Positions 40,184 through 51,400 of a stretch of 64,000 bases of DNA are shown here, one piece after another. The notes beneath the pieces were generated by a model. It had not been told where the DNA came from, did not search any database, and was given only the letters and a program-made list of their open reading frames with translations. Position numbers and translations under genes: made by a program. Location of the stretch: assembly GCA_020137815.1 (NCBI GenBank), contig CM035357.1, forward strand, positions 7,874,001-7,938,000, written 5' to 3'. Position 1 is the stretch's first letter. The number at the start of each line of letters is the position of its first letter. This stretch comes from Hormiphora californensis (Eukaryota > Animalia > Ctenophora).

Positions 40184-42472
40184 CAGTCGGACCCCGATTT
40201 AACGTCACCCTCGGGGGAAAGGGGTTTGTCCGTTAAATCGGGGTGTCCGTTAAATCGGGGTAGAGCATATTTGGCCTATAAAACCCTATTTTTGTCCAAA
40301 ATGCTATACTAAAACACCTCTAAGTGTTAAATACAATATCCATGTATTGATTACATGATCATTTCTGATTAGAAAAAGAAAATAATTTTCAAAATTTTCA
40401 AAAAAGTTATAAAACTTCTAAGGTACTACAGTCGGACCCCGATTTAGTGGCCCCCGATTTAGTGGCACCCCGATTTAGTGGCAGGATTTTTTTCCCCCAA
40501 AAATTTTTTTGATTTTTTTTTCGTGAAATTTTTTTGAAAATTTTTTGAAAATTTTTCAAAGGAATACCAGCCACGTCCGAATCGTGTTTCGAATCAGTGA
40601 ATCTTATCGCATGTCCTGCTGCTAATTAGACGGTTCGGAACGAACCGATACGTGATCCCCATGGGGCCATTGAATCATAAGTTCACCAAGCGTCAAAATT
40701 TCGATTCGATGGGGATCACGTTTCGATTCGTTCCGAACCGTCTAATTAGCAGCAGGACATGCGATAAGATGCACCGATTCGAAACACGATTCGGACGTGG
40801 CTGGTATACCTTTAAAAAATTTTACAACTTTTTTTGCAAAATTTTACAGTACGATTGTCAATGCTTTGATCGGTGCTCCCCATAAATTTTGAGAGAAAAA
40901 GTTATTTTGAAATTTTGATACTTCCTCACCCGCTTAGGGTGCCCCGATTTGGCATGGTATCACGTATCAGTTCGTTTCGAACCCGCTAATTAGACAGGAC
41001 ATCCAGGAAGCTGCACCGATTCGAAACACAAATCGGACGGGCTGGTATAACTTAGAAAATTTTTCACAATTTTTTTGAAAAATTTATTTGATAGTTTTCT
41101 ATTTCTAATCAGAAATGATCATGTAATCAATACATGAATATTGCATATAACAGTTAGAGGTGTCTTTAGTCTTAGTATAGCATTTTGGGCATAAAATAGG
41201 TTTTTATGGGCCAAATATGGCTCACCCCGATTTAGTGGCACCCCGATTTAGTGGCAGGATTTCTTTCCCCCGAGGATGCCACTAAATCGGGGTCCGACTG
41301 TATATCAACCACGTCCGAATCGTTTATCGAATCTTATCGCATGTGTTGCTGCTAATTAGACGGTTCGAAACGAACCGATACGTGATACCATGCCGAATCG
41401 GGACAATTTCAGCGGGTTGAGGAAGAATTTGAATTTCAAAATATTTTTTTCTCTGAAAATTCATGGGGAGCACCGATCAAAGCATTGCCAATCATTCTGT
41501 AAAATTTTTCAGAAAAAAGTTATGAAAATTTTTCAAAGGTATATCAACCACGTCCGAATCGTGTTTCGAATCAGTGCATCTTATCGCACGTCCTGTCGCT
41601 AATTAGACGGTTCGAAACGAACCGATACGTGATCCCCATGGAGCCAGTTTAACAAGTGTCAAAATTGCGATTCGATGTGCCTCATGGGGATCACATATCT
41701 GTTCGTTTTGAACCGTCTAATTACCGGCAAGAATGCAATAAGATGCACCCATCTAAATATGGGCGCTGTTATACCAGGGGCGGGTAGATCACTATTAAAA
41801 TCTGGGGGCTGAGTACTGGGCGGAGCACTGTTGACAGTAATACGCCCATCCCAACTTTATGACATCGCCTAGGGTGGGTCAAATTTATCCGTGTTTTAGG
41901 AAATATAATTTACATGCGGGTAATCTATAGATCACAAACTCAGATATATCATCAGCCCTCTGATACCATGCCGAATCGGGACAATTTCAGCGGGTTGAGG
42001 AAGAATTTGAATTTCAAAATATTTTTTTCTCTGAAAATTCATGGGGAGCACCGATCAAAGCATTGCCAATCATTCTGTAAAATTTTTCAGAAAAAAGTTA
42101 TGAAAATTTTTCAAAGGTATATCAACCACGTCCGAATCGTGTTTCGAATCAGTGCATCTTATCGCACGTCCTGTCGCTAATTAGACGGTTCGAAACGAAC
42201 CGATACGTGATCCCCATGGAGCCAGTTTAACAAGTGTCAAAATTGCGATTCGATGTGCCTCATGGGGATCACATATCTGTTCGTTTTGAACCGTCTAATT
42301 ACCGGCAAGAATGCAATAAGATGCACCGATTCGAAACACGATTCGGACGTGGTTGATACACCAATTTTCAAAAAATTTTCAAAAAAATTTCAAAAAATTT
42401 TTGGGGGAAATTTATCCTGCCGTTAAATCGGGGTGCCGCTAAATCGGGGGCCGTTAAATCGGGGTCCAACTG
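40184..42472. mobile_element. Tc1/mariner-pogo-type non-autonomous element (outer copy)
   Basis: TA|CAGTCGGACCCCGATTTAAC ... GTTAAATCGGGGTCCAACTG|TA. Contains a ~365-bp direct duplication (~41382-41748 and ~41961-42327). Confidence 0.85.
40429..41300. mobile_element. Related MITE nested inside the outer copy
   Basis: TA|CAGTCGGACCCCGATTTAGTGGC ... GCCACTAAATCGGGGTCCGACTG|TA. Confidence 0.88.
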
Positions 42473-42922
42473 TATATATAATATATTTCGGTGTCACGTG
42501 TTGTCAATCTGGCGCTCTGATTGGTCTCGTGTCTTACCGTTTTTCACTGATACCGTGTTGAACCGATACCGTATTCTCACTACAAGCACCCATGTAAACG
42601 AGGAAAATAACGAAAATCTGAAACGAATTTTACATAATGTGGACCTAGACAACTTGTATTCAAAATGAGTAAGCACTGATATCTAAAAAGGTTGCTGCTT
42701 TAGAAATGTGATATATCAGTCCGAAGAGAAATCAAATCAGCCCCCCAATATCACGAGTCTGGATAACAAAATCTGCCTTTCTCTTGAGAACCCCCCTTCA
42801 GTTGAAGAGAAATAAACCATGTAGAAGAATAACATGTACTTTTTACCAATCACATATTTCACACCACAACTGCCTTGATTTTCAATGATTGTCCTGACTC
42901 AACTGTTCAAATATAATAGTCC

Positions 42923-45660
42923 TCACCCTAGAGGTCCTAATCCGGTGACGACTGTCAGGCCAGTAGCTGAGGATCCTGCCCTGGTGGTGCTCCCCCCTGC
43001 TGAACCAGATGATAAGCTAGATAACTTGCCACTGGTCAGTCCTGCTGGTGTTGCTGGGGTAACAGGGGCAGCAATGGTCTCATCTTGGTGATGTTCACCA
43101 GACCTCCTCCCTCCACGTTGTCTGATGGTTGTTAGTGGGCAGTACTTCCATCTAGGCCGTGTCTCACATCCCCCTCCTCCTCCAGCCCCTCTCAGACTAT
43201 CCTGCCAACTCCTCTCCGCCTGTTCGAACCTCCTCTCAGGTAGCTTCCTCACCCGTGTGATACAGTAGGCAGGGTGGTAGACCCAGGATGAGCTACCATC
43301 TAGTTGAATCTTGTAATACCCCTCATACACTTCATCTGTATCTACCTGGCAGGGTTTCAGGGTAAATGTTCTCCCTCCACGGAGCACCTTGTAAACATAC
43401 TCCTGGCCATAATCAGCACTCCGGGACCTAACCAGGCCCTTCCTTCTAGCTGCTCTAGGAGTAGTTTGAGGTGTCTCCACAATGCCGCAGAGAGTTTCAG
43501 AGTTCATCCAGAGAGGAAGGAGAAGGGATGATTTCACCCTCAGGGGAAGGGTATCAGCTTCTGTTTGAACTAGAAACCCATTGTAGGCCCGGGGGTCAGG
43601 CCTCACTGACTCTGCCGGAACGATGAACTCTCCAGTCTCCAGGAGGCACCTGAAGTGAGTGGGAGCTACCACTACCTCCCCAGATTCTGGTAGGGAGACA
43701 ATGGGTAGGACCAGGTTGGTATGGATGACATGCTTAGTTCTACCATTTAGAACTCTATAGAACCCTGGTTTAGAGGTTATAGGACAGACATACCGGCCTG
43801 AGAGTCGGACAAACCTGCCATCAATAAACACATTGTATTCAGAAATGTCAAGTTTTGTTGATACTTCACTCCTGAATGATTTATCTTCTGTCACAGTTTG
43901 TTCGTCATCATCCTCCTCCTTCCCTTCCTGCTTGCTGTTCATCAGTGAAAGAAACATGGGACGCTGGCACCCTGATATTCCTAGTATCTGTTATTATAAC
44001 ATAAGTCCCGGGTTTCCTGATACTCTCTTTCACTCTATCCCTAGTTCAGCTGCGGTCCACTCTCCATTCAGGTAGACCGAAACAGTGGGTAACCTCCTCC
44101 ACTCTCTCCTCAATCTCACTAACATCACCCTACTGCCACTGTGTACCTCTTATCTCCCAGCTGGACCTCAGAAGTGGAGCTATCCACCCCGGGGGCAATG
44201 TGAGATGTTGGGACTTCCACCCAGGACCCCTTATCTGAACCGTTTCTAAGGAACACGTGCTGTGATTTTCCAGTATCAGGAGGTTTAGGGGTGCCCTTGA
44301 TGATCTCTGATCGTCTCTTGACCGCCCTGATGTCACACCCATGCACAACAGCACAGTCCCTTCCACTCCTCACAATAAAGAAGGGGTTACCATGGGAACC
44401 ATGACGCTCTATATCAGCCCCCTTCACAACCACTTTGGATAGCCCTATTTTAACCTGGTACCGCTGCTCAGGGAGGATGGAGTGATGCCCTGAATCAGGA
44501 GGTATAATGGTGTAGGACCCGTCCGAGTCATCCCGCTCCAAGTCTGATAGATCAGAGTTGACAGAGTGGTCTTGTTGGTGCCTACCAGCATACTCACTAG
44601 TCTCATCAGTCCTCTCAGAAGTGATTTGCTCAGAGGTCGTTGTCATGCCTGTTACAGGGCCTTTAGGGCTGGTTATCGTCAGATCCGCCATTCTCGGGCT
44701 GATCGTCTGCTGGGTTTGGGGGACCAGTAGGGGACCTGGAAGCTCTGTAGTTGAGGGTAAAAATATGGCAGCTCCTCGGCCTGAAAGGGCTGAGTTGCGA
44801 CATGATGATCCGTCTGTGGATTGGGTGTAAATAGTCCGTGGTTCACTCTGGCTGCTCCTTTCAAACCACTTTTGGGGGTTGTGTTGGTTTTGGTTGTGTT
44901 GTTGTGAAGCTGCTTGTTTCATCCTCTCTACTGGGTGAACTACATCTGTTGCAGTCCTGTTGTTCCCTTCAACACGTGGATCTGAACAGGTGATCTTGTC
45001 GAGGGGGTTCAAAGTAATGTTCAGGGTTGTACTGCTGGGGTGGTTGATGGTATGGGTTGTACATTCCTGGTTGGTAAAGGAGAGGTACACTCGGCCAATC
45101 AGTCATCCTCTCAGGAGGTCTATTATCCAGTTGGTACACTTGGTTTGGATGTCGGTTGGGTGGAGTTCTGAAGGCATGGTCGGGAAGGATTAGACACAAA
45201 TGACGTATCCCTTGGTCCACTTTGGTAGTTGTTGTTCTTGATCAGTGGACTAGGTTGTTGGTTTCCGTAGAATGCAGGATTGTACCCGTTGTGATAAACA
45301 GGGGCAGGCTGCTGCTGCTGTTGTACTGGTCTAAATGATGGCTTCCAGTTTGTGTTTTGAATTTGTTGAGGAGGATTGCCTACAGAGTGATGTGTTGGGT
45401 TGCTTGCGGAGTAATGTCCATGGTTACCGTGGTTACCAGTTGCAGGGTGCTGTGCTTCGGTATTACCAGCTGAACGATGGTTGTTTCCAGAGTGCTGCAC
45501 CCGCTGGTTGGGTTGTGATTGTGGTAGGCTATGAGTGCCTGTCAACATACTGTTCAACAAAAAGAGTAAAAGAACTTGGAGGACACCGCAACATACACAG
45601 GTCTGTGTGAGTGTAGAGAGTTTCCTGGTTCTAGCACCTGATCTCCACCACCGCCCTCCC
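42923..45660 (-). CDS. Novel beta-hairpin-repeat family protein, paralogue D (about 6 repeats; frameshifted, possibly pseudogene or assembly error)
   Basis: Overlapping ORFs in shifting frames (45123-45662, 44969-45220, 44125-45090, 42923-43957) carry repeats such as YNVFIDGRFVRLSGRYVCPITSKPGFYRVLNGRTKHVIH and YKVLRGGRTFTLKPCQVDTDEVYEGYYKIQLDG. The N-terminus is N/Q/H-rich. Confidence 0.65.
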
Positions 45661-46009
45661 ACAAAGAGCGCTTTTGAGGTCTATGACATGATCTGTTTTA
45701 GGTGTGTTGGGAAAGAGTATCATATCGGGTGACACCACTGCACGTGGTATGCTTATTGACTCAGTGATCCCCTGGTTTTGTGGAAACAAAGTCTAAACTC
45801 AAAACTTGAAACAATAAAACAGGATAATATTTTCACTTCAAATACAATGACCAAATTATTGATGTGTCCCGCACATAATTCATACCGGAAATTCAAGTCT
45901 CTTTCAACGTGAAGCAATTCAAGTCAACATAATTCAAATATTAGACGGGTCATTTTCACATGATGCCCATATACGGAGTGTTTTCAAGATGCCCATATAT
46001 GGTGTTGCC

Positions 46010-48190
46010 TCAGGTCCGGGAGAAGGAACACTTATAGGGTTGGGGTGGTCTGGGAGCATGCTCGGTGCTCTTTTGAACGATGGTATTCTGTGAGATCTGA
46101 CCACGGAGTAGTTTGCATACACCCCAGGGGTCTAGTTGGTGCCAGGCTCCTTTCACGTGAACCAAGTACGTGCACCTATCACGGGAAACAATGGCATCAG
46201 AGGGGCAGTGTGTTTCAAGGGTTTGATAAGAGAGATCGGTACATTTTACATTAGAAGATCCAATAAGTACACTATAACTGGAACATGTGTGTTACTTACC
46301 CATCTTTAGGACATATCTTCACATCCTGTGGGTCTATTGTAAAGTTCCTCCCTCTTACCTTGCACCGGTACACCTAATAAAGTAATGTCAGTTACTTCAC
46401 CTTACTTTCATTGCAGTTTGATGTGATGAGTGTAGGTTATACCGATCACTCGAAAGTGTCTGAACAATCTAGATCCAATAATACCCAATCTTACCCAAAT
46501 ATCATTGTCTCTGTTAGCAACTTTTGGTGGCTTGAATGCTTGAATGCTGCCAATGTACTCCAGGGTCTTGACAACTGAAAACGTGGGTAGTCAACTCCTA
46601 AGTAGTTTTTAGGTCAAATGCTTTGTCACCTACAATAATTGGTAATGATTACACTTGAACATTATGAAACATACCTTTAGCTTTAGGGACCTCGACCCAG
46701 CAGTCGCTATCAATACTGACAGAGAGTTGTCCCGGGTGCTCACCACTCCTCACATGACATGGCAACACCCTGAAGTAACATGACTCATCAGTAGATATAA
46801 CAGTCCATTCTACTATCTCAGATTAATATGATTCTTTTAGCAGGGGGGGGGGGGGGACTAATTAAAATTGTGACACTCATCACTCACCTGTAAACATTTC
46901 CTCCTATTTTCACATCGTAAACTACCCTCGTCTTCCTCCCGTCCTTCGTCTGATTCATCTGCTGCCTCCCCTTCACCCTCTCAATATTCGCCTTGATGAA
47001 ATTCTTCTTTCTGAGTCTCCTCATCACCGCTGTTGGTGGTCCCTCCCTGGACACTGCTGATTTTGTAGCACTGGGTACTAGGGGAGACCTAACCAGTAGC
47101 CTGGATGTCCTGCCCCTACCCGGCCTCCCTGATACCCCCTTCCTAACATTCAACTTAGGTTTCTTCTTTTGTTTCTGGTTCTCCAGGAACATCTTGGTGT
47201 AGTTCGCCTCATTGTAGAGCCTCCGTAACAGTGACAAACTGCCACTCTCCTTCTTCGGGGGAGGGGGTACTGTCCCCTCTCTTTTTGGAGGTTGGGGTGT
47301 TGTGCTGGGAGGTGGGGTTAGACCCGCATCCCCAGTTCTGTCAAAGGGGCAGTGACTGTTGGCATACTCCAAATCCTCCATGACAGTTATCCCATCGATA
47401 GAGGAAGAGGAAGAGGAGAAGTGGGAACCAAGGTAGGGAGACAGGGTCGTATCACTCTCCGGCCTGGGGGAAAAGAAAACTGAATTTTCAGAAAATAGGA
47501 AGATTTTGTCAGAATCATTGTATACTGGGAAATGGATGACATGTAGTAGGGTCATGAACAGCTCGAACAGTTCCATGAGGGGACTCACCTAGCGCCAGGG
47601 TCGTTTGCTTTGGACTTGTTGAATTTGCGGGAGGAGTCCTTGTCCAAAGTAGCACCTTCTTGATCCAGTTTTAGCTGTTGGCGGGGCTGGCTTTGCCTTT
47701 CTTGCTCGACTGCTGACTGGTAAAGCTGAAAGAGATGTTGGTAAAATCATAGGGATTATTTTCAACATATTACAATAATGCACAACAAGTGGTTGACATG
47801 AGAACTCACTGGGTGAGACGGGTTTGCGAGGTTTGGTTGGGCGTCTTGTCGTGGCTGGGACCGCTGTCTTCCGGGCCCTCCCCGGTAGCTTTTTTCGGTG
47901 CAACTCTGACTGAGGAGGCTGTTGAACCGGTCTCGTGAGAGTCCTCTGAGGATTAGTTTTAGAAGTGGGTTTACCGTGTCCAGATCCACGTCTTTCTCGT
48001 CCAGCAACTCCCTGGTAGTTGGGTGGAGGGGATTATAAGAGGTATTGGGGGTGGGGGAGGATGGTTATAAGAGGTATTGGGTGGAAGGAGAGATGTTATA
48101 GGAGGTATTGGGGGAGGAGGGGGAGGTGGTAGTGGCAGGGGGGGGGGGGTGCTATAGTTTGTTTCGTTAATATCGTGCAGTTATCAGTCA
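46010..48190 (-). CDS. Novel beta-hairpin-repeat family protein, paralogue C (2 repeats); start uncertain
   Basis: Spliced exons give VYDVKIGGNVYR|VLPCHVRSGEHPGQLSVSIDSDCWVEVP and VYRCKVRGRNFTIDPQDVKICPKDG|CTYLVHVKGAWHQLDP. TGA at 46010-46012. The N-terminal part is Pro- and Lys/Arg-rich. Confidence 0.6.
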
Positions 48191-48439
48191 TCTGATCTGA
48201 TTCAGAGATCACACAATAATTGATACCTTCCACTATAATAATATTGCACCTCGAACTTGACCTAATTATCACAAGTGATATCTTTATTATTAAATTTAGG
48301 AAAGAATCTTTGACTATTGCAGGGCGTCATTGCTTCTATTGGAAGCTCCAATTGCATTATTTGTGGGTAATATATTGCCTCTTTTCAATATTATATGTCC
48401 TTTGCTTTGTTACTACAGCCCCCTGAGATTACCTGAGAT

Positions 48440-51400
48440 CATCCTGCCGCTACATATTTGGTATCCCCGGAATGCATCCCTTGACTATACTGCAGTAATA
48501 AAACATGCTGACTATACAGTAAAACACTAAACAGTACTCACGTCATCACGGTGATGAGGTGGAGAGTTTCTTGTGTTATCTTGCTCCTCCCGTGGTCCCT
48601 CCTCACGGTCGGCACTTCCTCCGTCGCTGTGTCCGGGGTTCCCATTGCTACCAGAACCGGCCCCGAACTCTCCTCCGGTCCTGTACAGGGATTAACTTGT
48701 CATACTTTCTTTGATATCTTGCTGCAGGCCTGGATCAAGATCCGTATGCATGATGATGAAATATTAGTTGACTATAGTTGCTATAGGTGCTATATAAGTG
48801 GGCAATTATAGTTTGCACACCCGCTGCTGCAGCCCATAATTTTCTCGCCTGAACAGCTGCAGTAGTAGTAGCCTATTATCTCTCTCTTTTTCTCTCCTTT
48901 TCCCTCTATCTAGCTCTCCTATAATCTCCGGCCCAGCCGTATATTGGCCGTGATGCGTGAGGTTTTTTGCACCTGCCATAGATCAGCCTAGCCTCGGATA
49001 ATTTGTCTAGCCTATATAACTGCCAAGATTGCAACACCAGATCCAGAATCCAACATCTCGTTTTGCTTATTCTTCTAATCCCTTCACCAACCAGGCCAAT
49101 ATGGGTCCAGAATACACTTCACCGATCACAGATGGAAGTAAGAAGAAGGTTATGACTGGGGAGGAACAGGAAGTTCTATCTGTGGAGAGTGCGGGACAGT
49201 ACATAAGAGATCATGTGGCACAACTCACACCTTTCCAAGACGATCCCTTTATTGTGACAGACCTCGGTGAGATTCAAAAGCGAGTTGAACTATGGAAAAC
49301 AGCCTTCCCCAACATCACGCCATACTTCGCGCTGAAAGCCCAGAACAATGCCAAAATAGTTGAACTGTTGGCAAGTGAAGGATTCGGTTTTGACGTCGCC
49401 TCCCTACCGGAGATTAACAAAGTAAAAGACCATGTCCCTGTTGATATGATCCTCTATGCCCAACCCTACAAACAGCCCTCCCACCTAAAGAGCGCCATCC
49501 ACCTCCTCTCTGTGTGTGACTCTGTTGATGAGATACGAAAAGTTGGAGAGATATCAGCTGAGCTAGGTGTAACAGCACGTATTCTACTGAGAATCCTACC
49601 AGCCAACCCTACCCCTGCTGCAACCTCCACTCTCTCCTCAAAGTTTGGTGCTCCTTTTGAAGATCTGGAGGCCCTGTCAACCGCGGCAAAGAATTCCGGT
49701 GTCATGGTAACAGGGATTAGTTTCCACGTGGGTAGTCACTGCCAATCAGCAGCTCCCTACACCCACACCCTCCCTTTAGCTAGGAAATGGTGGAACAGCC
49801 TAGTGGAGATTGGGTTCACTAACATGACCACTCTAGATATAGGGGGAGGGTACCCTGGGGAGGGAGGTGAAGTGTTCCTTCACATCGCCGAGCAGATAAA
49901 ATCAAGTCTTGAGAAAGAGTTTGGGGATTTGGAGGGATTGAAAGTGATAGCGGAGCCTGGACGGTTCATAGTTACTACCAGTCAGACGGTTGTTGCGAAG
50001 GTAATCAGTGTAAAAAGGGACGGCTCCCTGGTTCTCAACACTGGTGTATACGGGGGTCTGGCCAACACTGTCTGGGACAAGAAGGCAGCTAGAGGATCTA
50101 AACCCTACGTTGTTGGTCGTGATACTACTGACAATACCCTGCGGAGTGAGGTTGCATTCTGGGGCCCAACATGTGATAGTTCTGATAAGATGCTAGATGG
50201 GTATACAGTTGCTGGTACACCGCCTGTGCGAGGTGACTGGGTGGCCTTTCCTGACCTGGGTAGCTACAATAGCTCTCTAGCTACCAGTTTTAATGGGTTC
50301 AACCCGCCTGCCATTCACTTTGTCAGGTCTTCAGACTAGAAATAAAAGTTATGCTGTGTCTTTTTGTAAAGTTTAAATACAACTTGTCACTTTGAGTGTT
50401 TGAATTGTATTGTATTTTATTTTCTTCAAAAGGAGATAGAAGTTTATTAATTTGCACCGGTACAATGTGTCAATATAATGTCAAATAAACGGGTGCCGGC
50501 TAGTTACCTGGTGTGTCGAAAGGGCTGCGTGTCATGAAAGGGTCTGATGGCGGTGGGGCTAACTCTCACACTCCTCCCATGTACCCTAACTATAAAGGTA
50601 CCCAGCTGCTTCCTACTTGGGGAGATATCTGTTGCATTCACCTTGTTCCACATCTTGTTCACAAACACCTAGCATGGTTAGGGTAGTAGTAGTAGACAGC
50701 ATGGTTAGGATGGTGACATTAATCATATGGGATATGTTTACAATAGCATTATATAATCGGCCGAGTGAAACCAACCTCATAGTAATCGCACTGAATCGGG
50801 CTATCCCTCCCCTCCTCTGTTTCAACCCCGCCTTCATCAATATCTGATTTCTTCTCTTCCACTTCATCATCCTGCTGATATATGTAGGGGTTACCTGCAC
50901 TGTTTGATATCTCTCCTCCTAGTTGTTAAAGTGGTGTTACGATGACGACATCTCCCTCCCCAACCCCAACCCAAACCCTGGATACCCCGATACATACCTT
51001 GACCAGTGCAGACTTCTCTACATTGACACTCTGCCCACAGAAAGTTATAGAACAGAACTCTTCGTCAACATCCACTATCTTCTCCCCCGGGATTGTGTAC
51101 CAATCATCATCAATCTTTATCTTGTACCTATTGGAGAGGGGTGGTGGTTGTATGACCAAGTTTGGCTATCTGCCATGATTATATTCCTACCTGCCGATGT
51201 ACTGGTCTGGCTGTGTTTCTTCTGGCAACTTCTCTACAACAGGGGCGGCAACCTTCTCTTCCCTTGGTGGAGACTTTTCCTTCATTGTGATCGGGATGGT
51301 GGCTGGAAAATATTATTTTATGTGGCCGGTATAACAGATGTATGTTATCGATAAATTGGAAAGTACATAGTAGAGTAAGGACAACTGCACTAGGTTCTGT

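Noticed and set aside
41390-42180. Duplicated MPNRDNFSG... ORFs
   Set aside because: They lie in the duplicated internal segment of a MITE and have no coding hallmarks.
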